From: Candidatus Latescibacterota bacterium
Lineage (GTDB): Bacteria > Latescibacterota > UBA2968
Length of the DNA: 64,000 nt
Reading direction: 5' to 3'
Assembly (NCBI GenBank): GCA_965198115.1
Contig: OZ240241.1
Span: 4,800,001-4,864,000, forward strand
Positions 19,418 to 31,699 of the stretch are shown here, piece by piece. The translations under genes were made by a program, and so were the position numbers. Under the pieces are notes generated by a model. The model was not told where the DNA came from and did not search any database. It saw only the letters and a list, made by a program, of their open reading frames with translations. Each line of letters begins with the position of its first letter. The stretch's first letter is position 1.

Positions 19418-22087
19418 CTACACGGCCGGGTCGGGTTTTTCGCGGTCGATTTTGAGCTCTTTTGCGGCTTTTTCAAGTTCGCCGGAGGTGACCGCGCCCT
19501 CTTCCTCTAGAGCCGCAAGTGCCGCGTAGGCGATGTATTCGGCGCTGACTTCGAAGTGATCGCGCAAGGCGGATCGGGATTCGCTGAGGCCGTAGCCATC
19601 GGTGCCGAGCACGACGTAGGGTCCGGGGATCCATCGTGCGATGCTGAGCGGTAGTGCTTTCATATAATCTGACGCGGCGACGAAGACGCCCTTTTCTTTT
19701 CCTAGAAGCTGTTGGACGTATGGGATGGGCCGGTCGGATGCGTGGTTCAACAGGCTCTTCCGCTCGACCCTCAACGCCTCACGGTTGAGCTCGTTATAAC
19801 TTGTCACGCTCCAGACGTCGGCGGCTACGCCTCTCTGCTTGAGGATTTCGCGGGCACGAAGCACTTCCGTCATGATGGCTCCACTACCGAAGAGATGCGC
19901 TTTGCGTCCGTCGCCGCTTTCAACTTCGGATCGTTCGTAGCAATACATCCCCTTGACGATCCCGTCAGATGCAGATTCGGGCATCGGGGGCATGCGCAGG
20001 TTCTCGTTGTGGATCGTGATGTAGTAGAAGATGTCTTCCTGTTCCGTGTACATCCGGCGTATCCCGTCGCGGATGATGACAGCGAGTTCATAGGCGAACG
20101 CGGGGTCGTAGCTCAGGAGGTTGGGTACGGTAGCGGCCACGACCTGAGAGTGACCATCCTGATGCTGAAGGCCTTCGCCGTTGAGGGTGGTGCGACCCGA
20201 TGTGCCCCCCAACAGGAAGCCTCGACAGAGCATGTCGCCACAGTTCCAGATCATATCTCCGACACGCTGGAAGCCGAAGATCGAGTAGAAGACGTAAAAG
20301 GGGATGGTCGGAACGGCGTGCACCGTGTAGGCGGTGCCGGCCGCCAGGAAGGAGGCCATTGCGCCGGCTTCGCAGATGCCTTCCTGCAGGATCTGGCCGT
20401 CCTGTGCTTCTCTGTAGGGGATGAGTGTCGCACTGTCTACAGGTTTATACTTCTGCCCCTCGGATGAGTAGATACCGGCACGGCCGAAGAGGGCTTCCAT
20501 TCCGAACGTTCGTGCTTCGTCCGGGACGATCGGGACGATGTAGCGACCGAGATCAGGATGTTCGAGCAGACGGCCGAGCAGACGGACGAAGGCCATCGTT
20601 GTGGAGAACTCACGGTCCCCACTTCCTTCGATCAACGTCTTGAAGAACTCGAGATCCGGCGTGGGAAGCACTTGGGCGCTAACGGTTCGCGTGGGCCATG
20701 GACCGCCCAGGATTTCACGACGTTCCTTGAGGTAGCGCATTTCAGCGCTGTCATCCGGTGGCCGATAGTAGTCGGCGCGGATTGCGGCTTCGTCGTCGAG
20801 GGGAATACCGAGCCGATTGCACGTTTCGATCCGCTCTTCGGCACTGAGAGTTTTCTTCTGGTGTACGGCGTTGGACCCTTCGTGGCCCTGCATGCCGTAG
20901 CCCTTGATGGTCTTGATCAGGATGACCGTGGGACCGTTTTCGGTCTCGACGGCCCTCTTGAAGGCGGCGTGAATCTTTCGATGGTCGTGCCCGCCCCGTC
21001 GAATGCACCGGATTTCCTCGTCCGTGAGCACCTGCATAATCTCGGCCAGCTTGGAGTTGTCGCGCACCCAGTGTTCGCGAACGTCCTTGCCGCTCGAGAC
21101 GGAGTACATCTGATAGTCTCCGTCGACGGCCTGTTCCATCCGCTCCTGCAGGACGCCTTCGTGATCGATCAGGAAGAGCTTATCCCACTCGCCGCTCCAG
21201 ATGACTTTGATGACGTTCCAGCCGGCGCCTCGGAAGCTGCGTTCGAGCTCCTGGATGATCTTCCCGTTTCCTCGAACGGGTCCATCGAGGCGCTGGAGGT
21301 TGCAGTTTACGACGAAGATCAGGTTATCCAGATGCTCTCGGGCGGCGATGTTGATCGTTCCCAACACTTCGGGTTCGTCCGATTCACCGTCGCCGATGAA
21401 GGACCAGACTTTGCCCCCGTTGCGGGGTTTGAGTCCGCGGTTTTCAAGGTATCGCGCAAAGCGGGCCTGGTAAATCGAGCTCGGGGTGGACAGACCCATC
21501 GATGAACAGGGCGATTGCCAGAACGCCGGCATACGCTTGGGGTGCGGGTAAGAGGAGAGACCGCCGTCGGGCTGCAGCTCGCGACGGAAGTTGTCGAGTT
21601 GCCTTTCGCTGAGGCGGCCCTCGAGATAGGCTCGGGCGTAGATGCCTGGCGACGCGTGTGCCTGGATGCTGACGAGATCGCCGCCGTAGTCATCGGTGCG
21701 GTTTCGGAAGAAGTGGTTGAGACCGACTTCCATCATGGTTGCGGCCGACGCGTAGGTTCCAATGTGTCCGCCGACGTTCGTGTCGCTATCGTAGGCACGA
21801 AGCACGATCGCCATCGCGTTCCAGCGGAGGATCTGCTCGATGCGCTCTTCGAGTTCGATCTCGCCCGGGTAGGCTGGCTCGTGTTCGAGGGGGACGGTGT
21901 TTCTGTAGTGGGTGTTGAGCGTGGCGTCTTCGACGATGACGTCTTCGTCGGAGAGATAGTCTCTGAGTGCCCGGAATACGACCTTGGCGCGATCGGGCCC
22001 TGACGTCCGCAGCAACGACTCGATGGACTCGAGCCATTCCTGGAGTTCGATGTCGTGGGATGGGTTGAGGGTTGGTCTTGCGTTCAT
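19418..22087 (-). CDS. aceE: Homodimeric 2-oxoacid (pyruvate) dehydrogenase E1, AceE/MdeB type
   Basis: GGHIGTYAS, GLSSYPHP, GDGESDEPE TPP motif, NCNLQRLDGPVRGNGKIIQELE, GRTTLNGEGLQHQDG. Confidence 0.92.
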   Translation of the reverse strand: MNARPTLNPSHDIELQEWLESIESLLRTSGPDRAKVVFRALRDYLSDEDVIVEDATLNTHYRNTVPLEHEPAYPGEIELEERIEQILRWNAMAIVLRAYDSDTNVGGHIGTYASAATMMEVGLNHFFRNRTDDYGGDLVSIQAHASPGIYARAYLEGRLSERQLDNFRRELQPDGGLSSYPHPKRMPAFWQSPCSSMGLSTPSSIYQARFARYLENRGLKPRNGGKVWSFIGDGESDEPEVLGTINIAAREHLDNLIFVVNCNLQRLDGPVRGNGKIIQELERSFRGAGWNVIKVIWSGEWDKLFLIDHEGVLQERMEQAVDGDYQMYSVSSGKDVREHWVRDNSKLAEIMQVLTDEEIRCIRRGGHDHRKIHAAFKRAVETENGPTVILIKTIKGYGMQGHEGSNAVHQKKTLSAEERIETCNRLGIPLDDEAAIRADYYRPPDDSAEMRYLKERREILGGPWPTRTVSAQVLPTPDLEFFKTLIEGSGDREFSTTMAFVRLLGRLLEHPDLGRYIVPIVPDEARTFGMEALFGRAGIYSSEGQKYKPVDSATLIPYREAQDGQILQEGICEAGAMASFLAAGTAYTVHAVPTIPFYVFYSIFGFQRVGDMIWNCGDMLCRGFLLGGTSGRTTLNGEGLQHQDGHSQVVAATVPNLLSYDPAFAYELAVIIRDGIRRMYTEQEDIFYYITIHNENLRMPPMPESASDGIVKGMYCYERSEVESGDGRKAHLFGSGAIMTEVLRAREILKQRGVAADVWSVTSYNELNREALRVERKSLLNHASDRPIPYVQQLLGKEKGVFVAASDYMKALPLSIARWIPGPYVVLGTDGYGLSESRSALRDHFEVSAEYIAYAALAALEEEGAVTSGELEKAAKELKIDREKPDPAV

Positions 22088-23461
22088 GAGCTCAGGTCAA
22101 TAGGTGTGTAAAAGAAATCAGGCGGCCATCTTCCCGGCTTCGACCTGCGGTCCGGTTGAGTGTTTCTGATCGTAGACTTGTTGTAGCAAGTGTGGCGCGG
22201 TGAGTTTCCTGAATCGGCTCTCTGCGACCTTGAGCGTACGCCAGATGAGAGTCGTGGCGTTCCTGACTTTCTTGAATCGCCTGGCGGCGTTTGTGCGAAG
22301 CCGAACGGAAGCAAAGGGGCTCTCGACGACGTTCGTGGTTCTCAGGTGTTTCCAGTGTTCCTTCGGGAAGTCGTAGAACGTGACCATCCGATCCCAGTCT
22401 CTTTCGAGCGTCTCCACGGCGGCAGGGAACTGTGAGCGATACCGTGCGGCAAAGCGTTTCCGGAGCTTCTCGGCCTCCTTTTTCGTGCCGGCATAGGGGA
22501 TCTGGACGAGCAGTGCGCGGGCTTCAGCCTGTGCACGCTTGGCGACCTTGTCGAGCACGTTGAGGATCTTGTGGTTCCAGCACCGTTGTTGCCGGCTCTC
22601 TGGCCAGACCTGATCAACGGCCGCCCAGATGCCCATATTCCCGTCCGCGGCGATCAGGACAGGATGTTCGAGCCCGCGATCCCGGAGATCCCGGAGCACC
22701 GTGAGCCAGGATTCTGTAGACTCTCGATAACCGGGTTCTATCGCCAGGATCTCCTTGCTGCCGTCGCTCATCGCGCCGATCACGACCAGCAGACACGCCT
22801 TCTCGCGCTCGAGCCCGGCTTTGACGTAGATGCCATCAGCCCAGGCGTAGACCAGTTCGCGATTATCCAGACGCCTTTCTTTCCAGTCCTGGAAGTCGAC
22901 CTCCCACTTCCCTCGAAGACGAGCGATCGAGGTCGGCGAAAGCGGCGCGCCATCACCGAGCAGCGCACGCAAAGACAACTCGAAGTCGCCCTGGGAGAGA
23001 CCGTGGAGATAAAGGTCGGGAAGCAGATCTCCAATGGCCCTGGTTCTCCGGGCGAACAGGGGGAGGATGCGGCTTTCAAACCGCTCTTCCAGACCACGAA
23101 CCCGGGGACGCCGGACCTTGATCGTTCCGCAGCTCGTCGAGAGACGCCGGGGCTTGCCGTAGCCGTTCCTGTAGCCCCTGGAGCTATCGACCTCGGCTCG
23201 GCGCTCATACCACGACCGGCCCAAGAACGCGGTCGCCTCCTCCTCCAGAATGGACTGGAACCGGCCCTGGATCTCTTCACGGATCCAATCGTCAACCGTC
23301 TCCCACGTCGGCATGGACTTCAATGGGGCTCTATGCGTATGTTCCTTCACGGCGATCCTCCTTCCCAACCGGGCCTCTCACCCGGTTTTGTGTGAATCAA
23401 CTATCTCACGGGAAGGGTAGGGTCGCCCTTTCTCTTTTTCCACACCTTTTGATTATAGCTC
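22088..23461 (-). mobile_element. IS256-family element copy 2 (transposase 22118-23368)
   Basis: Near-identical to 5510-6883 (two amino-acid differences). IR abuts the aceE ATG. No TSD. Confidence 0.95.
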
Positions 23462-23957
23462 CGGAGAAAGCTACCGTACGCCAAAACCACTACCCAAAAC
23501 ACCCAAAAAGACGCTTGGAAAGGAGGATCGAAAACCCTAAATACACACCCCGTCCGAGACCCTGAAATCGCCACTTCTAAGGGGCTCCATTAGGCCGATC
23601 ATGACTGGCCTCATTAGGGCGATCATTGACAAGGGTCATGGTTTTCTGGCAATGTGCGTTGCGAGGCAAAGGAAAGCTTGCAGAGAATCTTATTCTCACC
23701 GAAGCTGACAACTTGGCTAGTCTCTTCCGTGCCCTGTGGCGAAATACGGGGGAATCGGGCCGTCGAAAAATGCAAGTAGATCTGCCCATAGATACTCTTC
23801 AATATACTTGACATGTACTACTAAGTCAGGTATCGGTCAAGACGTAGCAACGCGGGATTCTGGCCCACGGCACGAACAAGAAGTCTGCATCGTATTGTGA
23901 ACTCGGAGGATTTTGACTATGTCCGGCACCCTCCTCTTTCCCAAAAAGAGTAGCGAA

Positions 23958-24268
23958 TGTCCGGCGTCAACCATTCTTCCCGCCGGCGACAATTAGAATT
24001 CCCGTTGGATTATCGTAGGCCAGCCCAGTAACCGGCCGTCCACCTTTGTGGGCAGCCGAGTCCGGTCGAACGTGTCCAGGTTCTTTTCCAGGGGGAGACG
24101 AGACTCCCGGAGCAGCCGCTGGATCCGATTGTGGGCGCGTGTCTCGCACCTGTGCATCCGTGACCATCTAACCTCCCATCACAACAAGGGGTTAGATAGC
24201 CTACGGCCATCCCCGCAAAACGGGAATTATGGTTGTCGTCAGGTGGGAGTTCTAATTGTCGCTAATCA
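23958..24268 (-). mobile_element. Miniature internally deleted derivative (MITE) of the IS21 element
   Basis: TG..CA ends with repeated CGACAATTAGAA boxes. ~24147-24268 matches the IS21 left end (~40449-40570) and ~24033-24149 matches istB (~37475-37590). Confidence 0.85.
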
Positions 24269-24276
24269 CGTGCTGC

Positions 24277-25579
<1,303 letters not shown>

Positions 25580-28178
25580 GCTTTGTCCAAACCTCCTTCC
25601 GCAAACAGGTCCTGTCGGCGGCGGTGACAGTCAGGTTGACAGCGAAACCTATCCAGTGGCGGATGAGATCTCACTCCGGTGGTACGAAGGGATTGGCCGG
25701 GAAGCGGGCCAAGAACGATGGGCCTTTGCATTCAGCGCGAAGAAACGGTGGAAGCCGAAAGTCGAGCAGGATGTGGAAAAGATCGCCGCGACCAACCGCA
25801 GCTACGTCCTGGCTTACTTCATCACAAACCAGTACGTGCGGGACAAGGCACGGGCAACTACTGAGGATGCTAACAGCGATGCATAGCATCCCGGTCCGGA
25901 TCATCAACAGAACTTGGCTCTTGGATGCCGTCTATGACGGTGATTTGCTCGATCTCGCCATCCAAACACTGGGCCTTACCGACTACGATGAAGTCTCGCA
26001 GAAGAGCCTAGGTGGTCACGATGCACAGCGAGAACGCGAACTCACCGAACTCGATCAACAGATCTCCGACCCGGCGCGGTATCAAGGAGTGAGATACCAA
26101 CTAGCGGAGGACTGCCTCAGAAGTGCCGTTCTTGCACGAGGTCTTGAACGATCTCGCACTGAGATAGACGGAAGGCTTTCGAGAGCCGAGATTGTCGCCC
26201 AAGAAGTTGGCATGATCAACAGCGACTTCGTGTCGCATACGCAGTGGCCTGGACAGCCTTCTGGTGGTATGAAGATTATGACCTGCTCAACCAGTCTTAC
26301 TCTGATGTAGAGTGCTTCGCTATCAACAGCACGCAAGCGGCCGATCTGCAATTGCTGACCAACGTATGGCAGATCCTCACCACTTCTGTCAGGGCAGGAA
26401 AGCTGACGGAAGATACCGCAGACCATGGTGCACGAACGACTCGTCTGCGCAAAGAGCTTCAACGGCTCGCCAGCGACTCCTCGCGTCCCAATAGTGCCCT
26501 GCAAGCAAGAACCGACCTCCTCCTGGTGGACCTCGAAGGGGCTGCAAGTGAAGGTAGAGACATTGATCAGATTCTGGCCGGTCTGCAGGAAGTCCTGCAG
26601 GAATCAGAGAATTTGGCCTCATATCGTGTTGAACCTCTGATCGAGCTAGTCCACGTGTTCGGGGAGAACCTTGGGGAGAACGAAGCCTACGATGCTCTCT
26701 TTGAGAGCGCTGTGGAACTCGCCGAACGCAGGGCAAGCCGCGGTACAGTTGGATTAGCACTCCTTACGCGAGGCCACCAAAAACTCCAGGCTGATAAGGC
26801 TTACGATGCAATTCGGCTCTTTGGGTGCGCTCAGCCGCTCTTGGCTCTCCACGAGTACCGCTCCGAGTTCATCACTGTCCTGGGAGGATGCGGGCAGGCC
26901 TACGAGCGAGCAGGGCTGCTCTGGGCAGCGCGAGCAAACCTCATCCTCGCCGCGAATCAGGCGCTAGCAGAGCACTGGGAGCACGGCACGGTTACCCCCC
27001 TTGCTCTCTTGTGCGTCCAGAAACTGATCTGGCTTGAGCTACAGCTCGGAAGGGTTCCGTCGGTCCTCGAATGGATGGAACTCGCGGGCCTCCTAGCTGC
27101 GCGAGTCTTGATGACGAGCGGAAGGCCGGATTCGTTAAAGAGCGGCAGACCCAGGATATAATCCTCGGGATACTCCTGCCCGAGACAGATCACTGGGAGC
27201 TCAAATGGCTCGATGCACTTCCATCATCACTGGATCATCTGGGTCTCATCTACTCGTGGATGGCGACTCTCTATGCCCTCGGCCATGAAGACCACCTCCG
27301 CGCAGAGGGTGCAATCCCTGCCGAAGAAGCAGATTCTGATGTTGAGGGGTTCTTCCAAGAATGGACTCAACAGCCAGCGAGGAGCGATCTCCCGGACAAG
27401 CCCGAGTTCCACAACGAGTCGTCCCTTTCGTTCCGATCGTACGTTCTCGGCTGCGAGGTGATCATTGAATCACGAAACGACCCGAGCTCAATCCAGCTGG
27501 CTGAGGTCATCCTTGGGTCCCTTGAGGCCTTCCTTGCGACGGCTCCCGCGGACAGGATCATCCCACACAAGCCTGAACTCGTGGTCAAGATAAAAAGCTC
27601 GGCTTTCTCTGCCCAGATACCTGAGTTCAAGCTCTCGGGCCCTTACGAGGACCCCCACTTCGAGGTCCTGCATCCGACACCACTCCGCCTCTCACCACCG
27701 AAGGATAACGAAGCGTTCCAGAAGTGGCTCCTAGAATTTCTCGCAAGCCTGGTCGCTCACATCGCGATCATTCCTGAGCCTGAGAAATACTTCGAGCGTT
27801 TTGCTCGGGACGAGGCTGGTGTGGAGAGGGCCCTCTCACTTTCGGGCGCACCGGTAGCTCTTGCCAACATCCTCGGAGAGAAGCGAAAGATGACACTCTC
27901 CGATTGGGATCAGGTGGGAGGGCCGGACCGGTATCCCCTCCAACGCGATGTAGCCTGGGATGCCCGACTGAAGAAGTCCAAAGAGAAAGCGGCTGACCGA
28001 ACTATTCGAGCCGGACAGGGAGACCCGCCCCCGGAGCTCTTCGGGGTTGACAGCCTCAAACACAAACACATGCGTGTCCTCTCACTCATCGATATACGGC
28101 TCTGGGATAAGGCTGGGTGGAAGGCAACCTATTATCTGTGGTCGCCTGACCCTGGAGTCACACCGGGACTGGCACTAG

Positions 28179-29807
28179 CCTGAATCATGCATGAATTTGA
28201 GTTTAGGTTGTTTTGGAGTGATGTGATCACGCACAGGATTTGTTCTCGGCTTCTTCGGATGTCCAAGGTCCCGTAAGCGGTCTCTACGAGTCGCAAGAGT
28301 CACGATTTTCGTCCGGAACAGGTGTTGTTTTGCGACGTGTACATAGCTGTCCCCGGTATAGATCGGCGTTGTTACTGCGTGTTCGTTTCGAGCCTGGTGA
28401 TGATTGACACCAAGACGTTTTTGAGTGGATACGATGTTGGAAAATGGAATCGGATTCTTCGTGCGCTTTCAATGACTCTCGCGCCGATTTTGAGGAAACG
28501 GTTCTGTATCGTGTTGACCTGAGGTTTGGTCCACGCGGTGCCCTTGAGTCCCTGTGATCGGAGTGCGTGAAGCAAGGCGTATGCAGCACTGTGTAGAAAG
28601 AGTCGGAACTGGTTGGCTTCAAACTTGTGGCACGATGTTCGATCGGAGTGAAGGAATGTTTTGTGGTCCTTGATGAAGCCTTCCGTGCGTCCCCTTGCGC
28701 AGTAGATACGATCATAGATAAAGCCGTCTCGATTACTCTGTAAATTGGTCACGCGGTATCTTGGATTTGCTTCGCCGTTTGTGACTTCAGCCTTGTGAAT
28801 GATCCGGCGAGGCTGCCGGTAGGTGCCAGCCTGATATGAGAAGGATGAGAACAAGCGAATCGTCTCCTTATGCTCGCTCAGACGTAGCGCTTGGTCCATC
28901 AGGTTTTGTCCAGCCGCTTTGAGCTTGGAGTTGGCGCCCTGGCCCAGAACGTAGTAGATACCGTTGTCTTCGCAGAAATCGTGCATCTCTGGTGAGCTGA
29001 ACTTTGAGTCTGCGCGAACGATGATCTCCACGTTTGGCCAAGATCCGCGTAGGTGTTCCACCAAGCGCTTGAGAATAGAAACGACCTGTTTACCGTTCGT
29101 CGGATGCCCGGGTCTCAAGATCGTCGTAATGAGCTTGCCGCTTTGGCCTTCATAGATATGTAGCGGCATATAGCAGTGTTCATTGTAATACGCGTTGAAG
29201 AGTGAAAATTGTTGCGCACCGTGCGTTGGGTCATCCGTGTCGTCGATATCGAGAATGATGCTTGGGGGTGCCTGGTCATACGATGCGATGAACCCGTCTA
29301 CAAAAGCCCGTGCGAGCCGATACAAATCCGAGCGTCGCACATCATTCTCAAGTCGTGTCATCGTTGATTGGCTCCCGAGATCAGGACCGGAAAGAGGAAG
29401 CCGATCGCAGGCAGCCTTGACGCCCGGATCGTGGCGCAAATCATCACAATCGACGGCATCTTCATAGCCGCAAGCGATCTGAAAAACACGCTGCTTCACA
29501 AGATCCAAAAGCGTGTGATCGATATAGCTTGGGTGACGACGATCTCGCAAAGCATCTACCATTCTGGCGATCAATCCCATCTGAGACTCAAGGGCGCGAA
29601 GCAACAGAACTCCACCGTCACTCCTGACGGCGCCACCGGCAAAATAAGCCTCAACTACCTTGCCCGAAATGCTTGCGAATGGTAACCGGATCTGACTAGG
29701 TTCTATCACGGTAGTTCCTTCCAAGTGTTGTTTTGATGTGTCAGCCCTAATGTAGGGAAAAACAAACACTTGTACAAGGAGACTACCTTTTTTATGCATA
29801 ATTCAGG
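28179..29807 (-). mobile_element. IS1380-family element (transposase ~28372-29709)
   Basis: IRs CCTGAATCATGCAT / ATGCATAATTCAGG, CTAG TSD. SDGGVLLL, LDIDDTDD, VRADS and YCARG..E motifs. Confidence 0.95.
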
Positions 29808-30011
29808 CTAGCGTTCACGAACACCGAGGCAGCTGAAGCCATCTTTAGGGGATTGCGCCAACAAATCGGAGAGGTGGACCATGAGGACAAACTCCGCCTC
29901 TCCATTGTCACAGGAGTGGACAAGACTCAACCGTTGAGCTACAAAGTCCTCGTGGGCACCAATGTGGATAGCTACCCACTCGATCCTTCGATCACACGGC
30001 GTGCGTGTAAC

Positions 30012-30648
30012 TAAACCTTGGTAAGCCCCCGGCTCTGCCGGGGAGACTCCCAGAGTTTGACAGTTCCAGAAATATGTAAGAGCCTCCCTTGCCGTGGACC
30101 GCTCAAAGCACACGGAAGGAAGGCTCTCTAATGAACAACGTAAGGAGTCTACATCACACGGTATGGGAGTGCAAGTATGACGTTGTTTGGGTTCGGAAGT
30201 ATCGTAGAAAAGTGTTGTATGGTGAAATTCGTCGCTATCTGGGCGAGGTGATTCGGGATCTGGCCGCACAGAAGGAATGCCGTGTGGAAGAGGGTCACCT
30301 GCGATCCGACCATGTGCACACGCTGATTTCGATCCCGCCGAAGCACTCAGTAGCTCAGACGGTAGGGTTCATCAAAGGAAAGAGTGCGATTCACATTGCT
30401 CGGAACTATCTGGGACGCAGGTCGAACTTCACCGGGCAGCATTTCTGGGCAAGAGGCTACTGGGTCTCCACCGTTGGCAAGGATGAACAGACGGTTCGGG
30501 AGTATATCCAGAACCAGGAGCGGGAGGACCGGCGTCTCGACCAGCTCAACATTTTCAGGTAATCGCCACCTTTAGGTGGCGCTTGGTTTCCAACCGCTTT
30601 GAGCGGTTCACAAGTTTTCAAGCCTCCGGCTTTGCCGGAGGTCATGAC
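30012..30648 (+). mobile_element. tnpA: IS200/IS605-family copy 2, intact (tnpA 30131-30562)
   Basis: Complete Y1 transposase, both hairpin ends, inserted 3' of TAAC. Confidence 0.95.
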
Positions 30649-31170
30649 TAAACCTTGGTAAGCCCCCGGCTCTGCCGGGGAGACTCCCAGAGTTTGACAG
30701 TTCCAGAAATATGTAAGAGCCTCCCTTGCCGTGGACCGCTCAAAGCACACGGAAGGAAGGCTCTCTAATGAACAACGTAAGGAGTCTACGTCACACGGTA
30801 TGGGAGTGCAAGTATGACGTTGTTTGGGTTCGGAAGTATCGTAGAAAAGTGTTGTATGGTGAAATTCGTCGCTATCTGGGAGGTGATTCGGGATCTGGCC
30901 GCACAGAAGGAATGCCGTGTGGAAGAGGGTCACCTGCGATCCGACCATGTGCACACGTTGATTTCGATCCCGCCGAAGCACTCAGTAGCTCAGACGGTAG
31001 GGTTCATCAAAGGAAAGAGTGCGATTCACATTGCTCGGAACTATCTGGGACGCAGGTCGAACTTCACCGGGCAGCATTTCTGGGCAAGAGGCTACTGGGT
31101 CTCCACCGTTGGCAAGGATGAACAGACGGTTCGGGAGTATATCCAGAACCAGGAGCGGGAGGACCGGCGT
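30649..31170 (+). mobile_element. tnpA: IS200/IS605-family copy 3, head-to-tail with copy 2, frameshifted and 3'-truncated
   Basis: Begins directly after the terminal TGAC of copy 2. 2-bp deletion near 30880. Identity ends at GACCGGCGT 31170. Confidence 0.92.
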
Positions 31171-31699
31171 ATTCTCAAGAAGCAGATCAGCGTCAGGCCG
31201 GCGTGGCAGATTGGAGTCAACGACTACGATCTTGCGGCGCTCGACCCAGCAGACGAGATAATCGTTCCAGACGATGTAGACGACGCGCCTGCTCTCGTCG
31301 CTCTTGAGCAGATAAAGGACCGGAGACGGAGCACATAAGCCGTTGGTGACCCACCTATGTACAGGTCGTACTTGGAATTCTGGATCGACTACGGCTTGAT
31401 CTGTCTCCGGCCAAGACTCACGCCGCCCAGGGGAGGGCCATGATGACGTCCGGGACTATCGCATCACTGGCGTCATGAGAGATCTCCCCAAGTGCACGAT
31501 TGCACCCCGAATCGTGGATAATCCGCACGGGAGTGGGCGATCGAGGTGTTTTGATCGAAAAGAAGTGTTTGACGGTCTCAATTGCCGATACTTAACATAC
31601 GCCTAAGAACATGGGGGCAGGACCGAGGATTGTCTGCGGGGATGATCTGGGCCGGCCCTCTTTGTGTTGGCGGGCACACTTTACTCTGAGGCAGACACA

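Larger units (their letters stand above)
25580..31338 (+). pseudogene. Large (>1000 aa) N-terminal nuclease-like / TPR-like protein, fragmented by frameshifts, IS1380 and tandem IS200
   Basis: LCPNLLPQTGPVGGGDSQVDSE...WAFAFSAKK N-terminus and helical-repeat middle. Frame continues LALA|FTNTEAAEAIF across IS1380. C-terminal piece 31171-31338. Confidence 0.75.

Noticed and set aside
5510-23461. Composite transposon bounded by the two IS256 copies
   Set aside because: Neither outer nor inner flanks show matching target duplications.
30012-31170. TnpB/omegaRNA system associated with IS200/IS605
   Set aside because: All three copies are tnpA-only, with no tnpB ORF.
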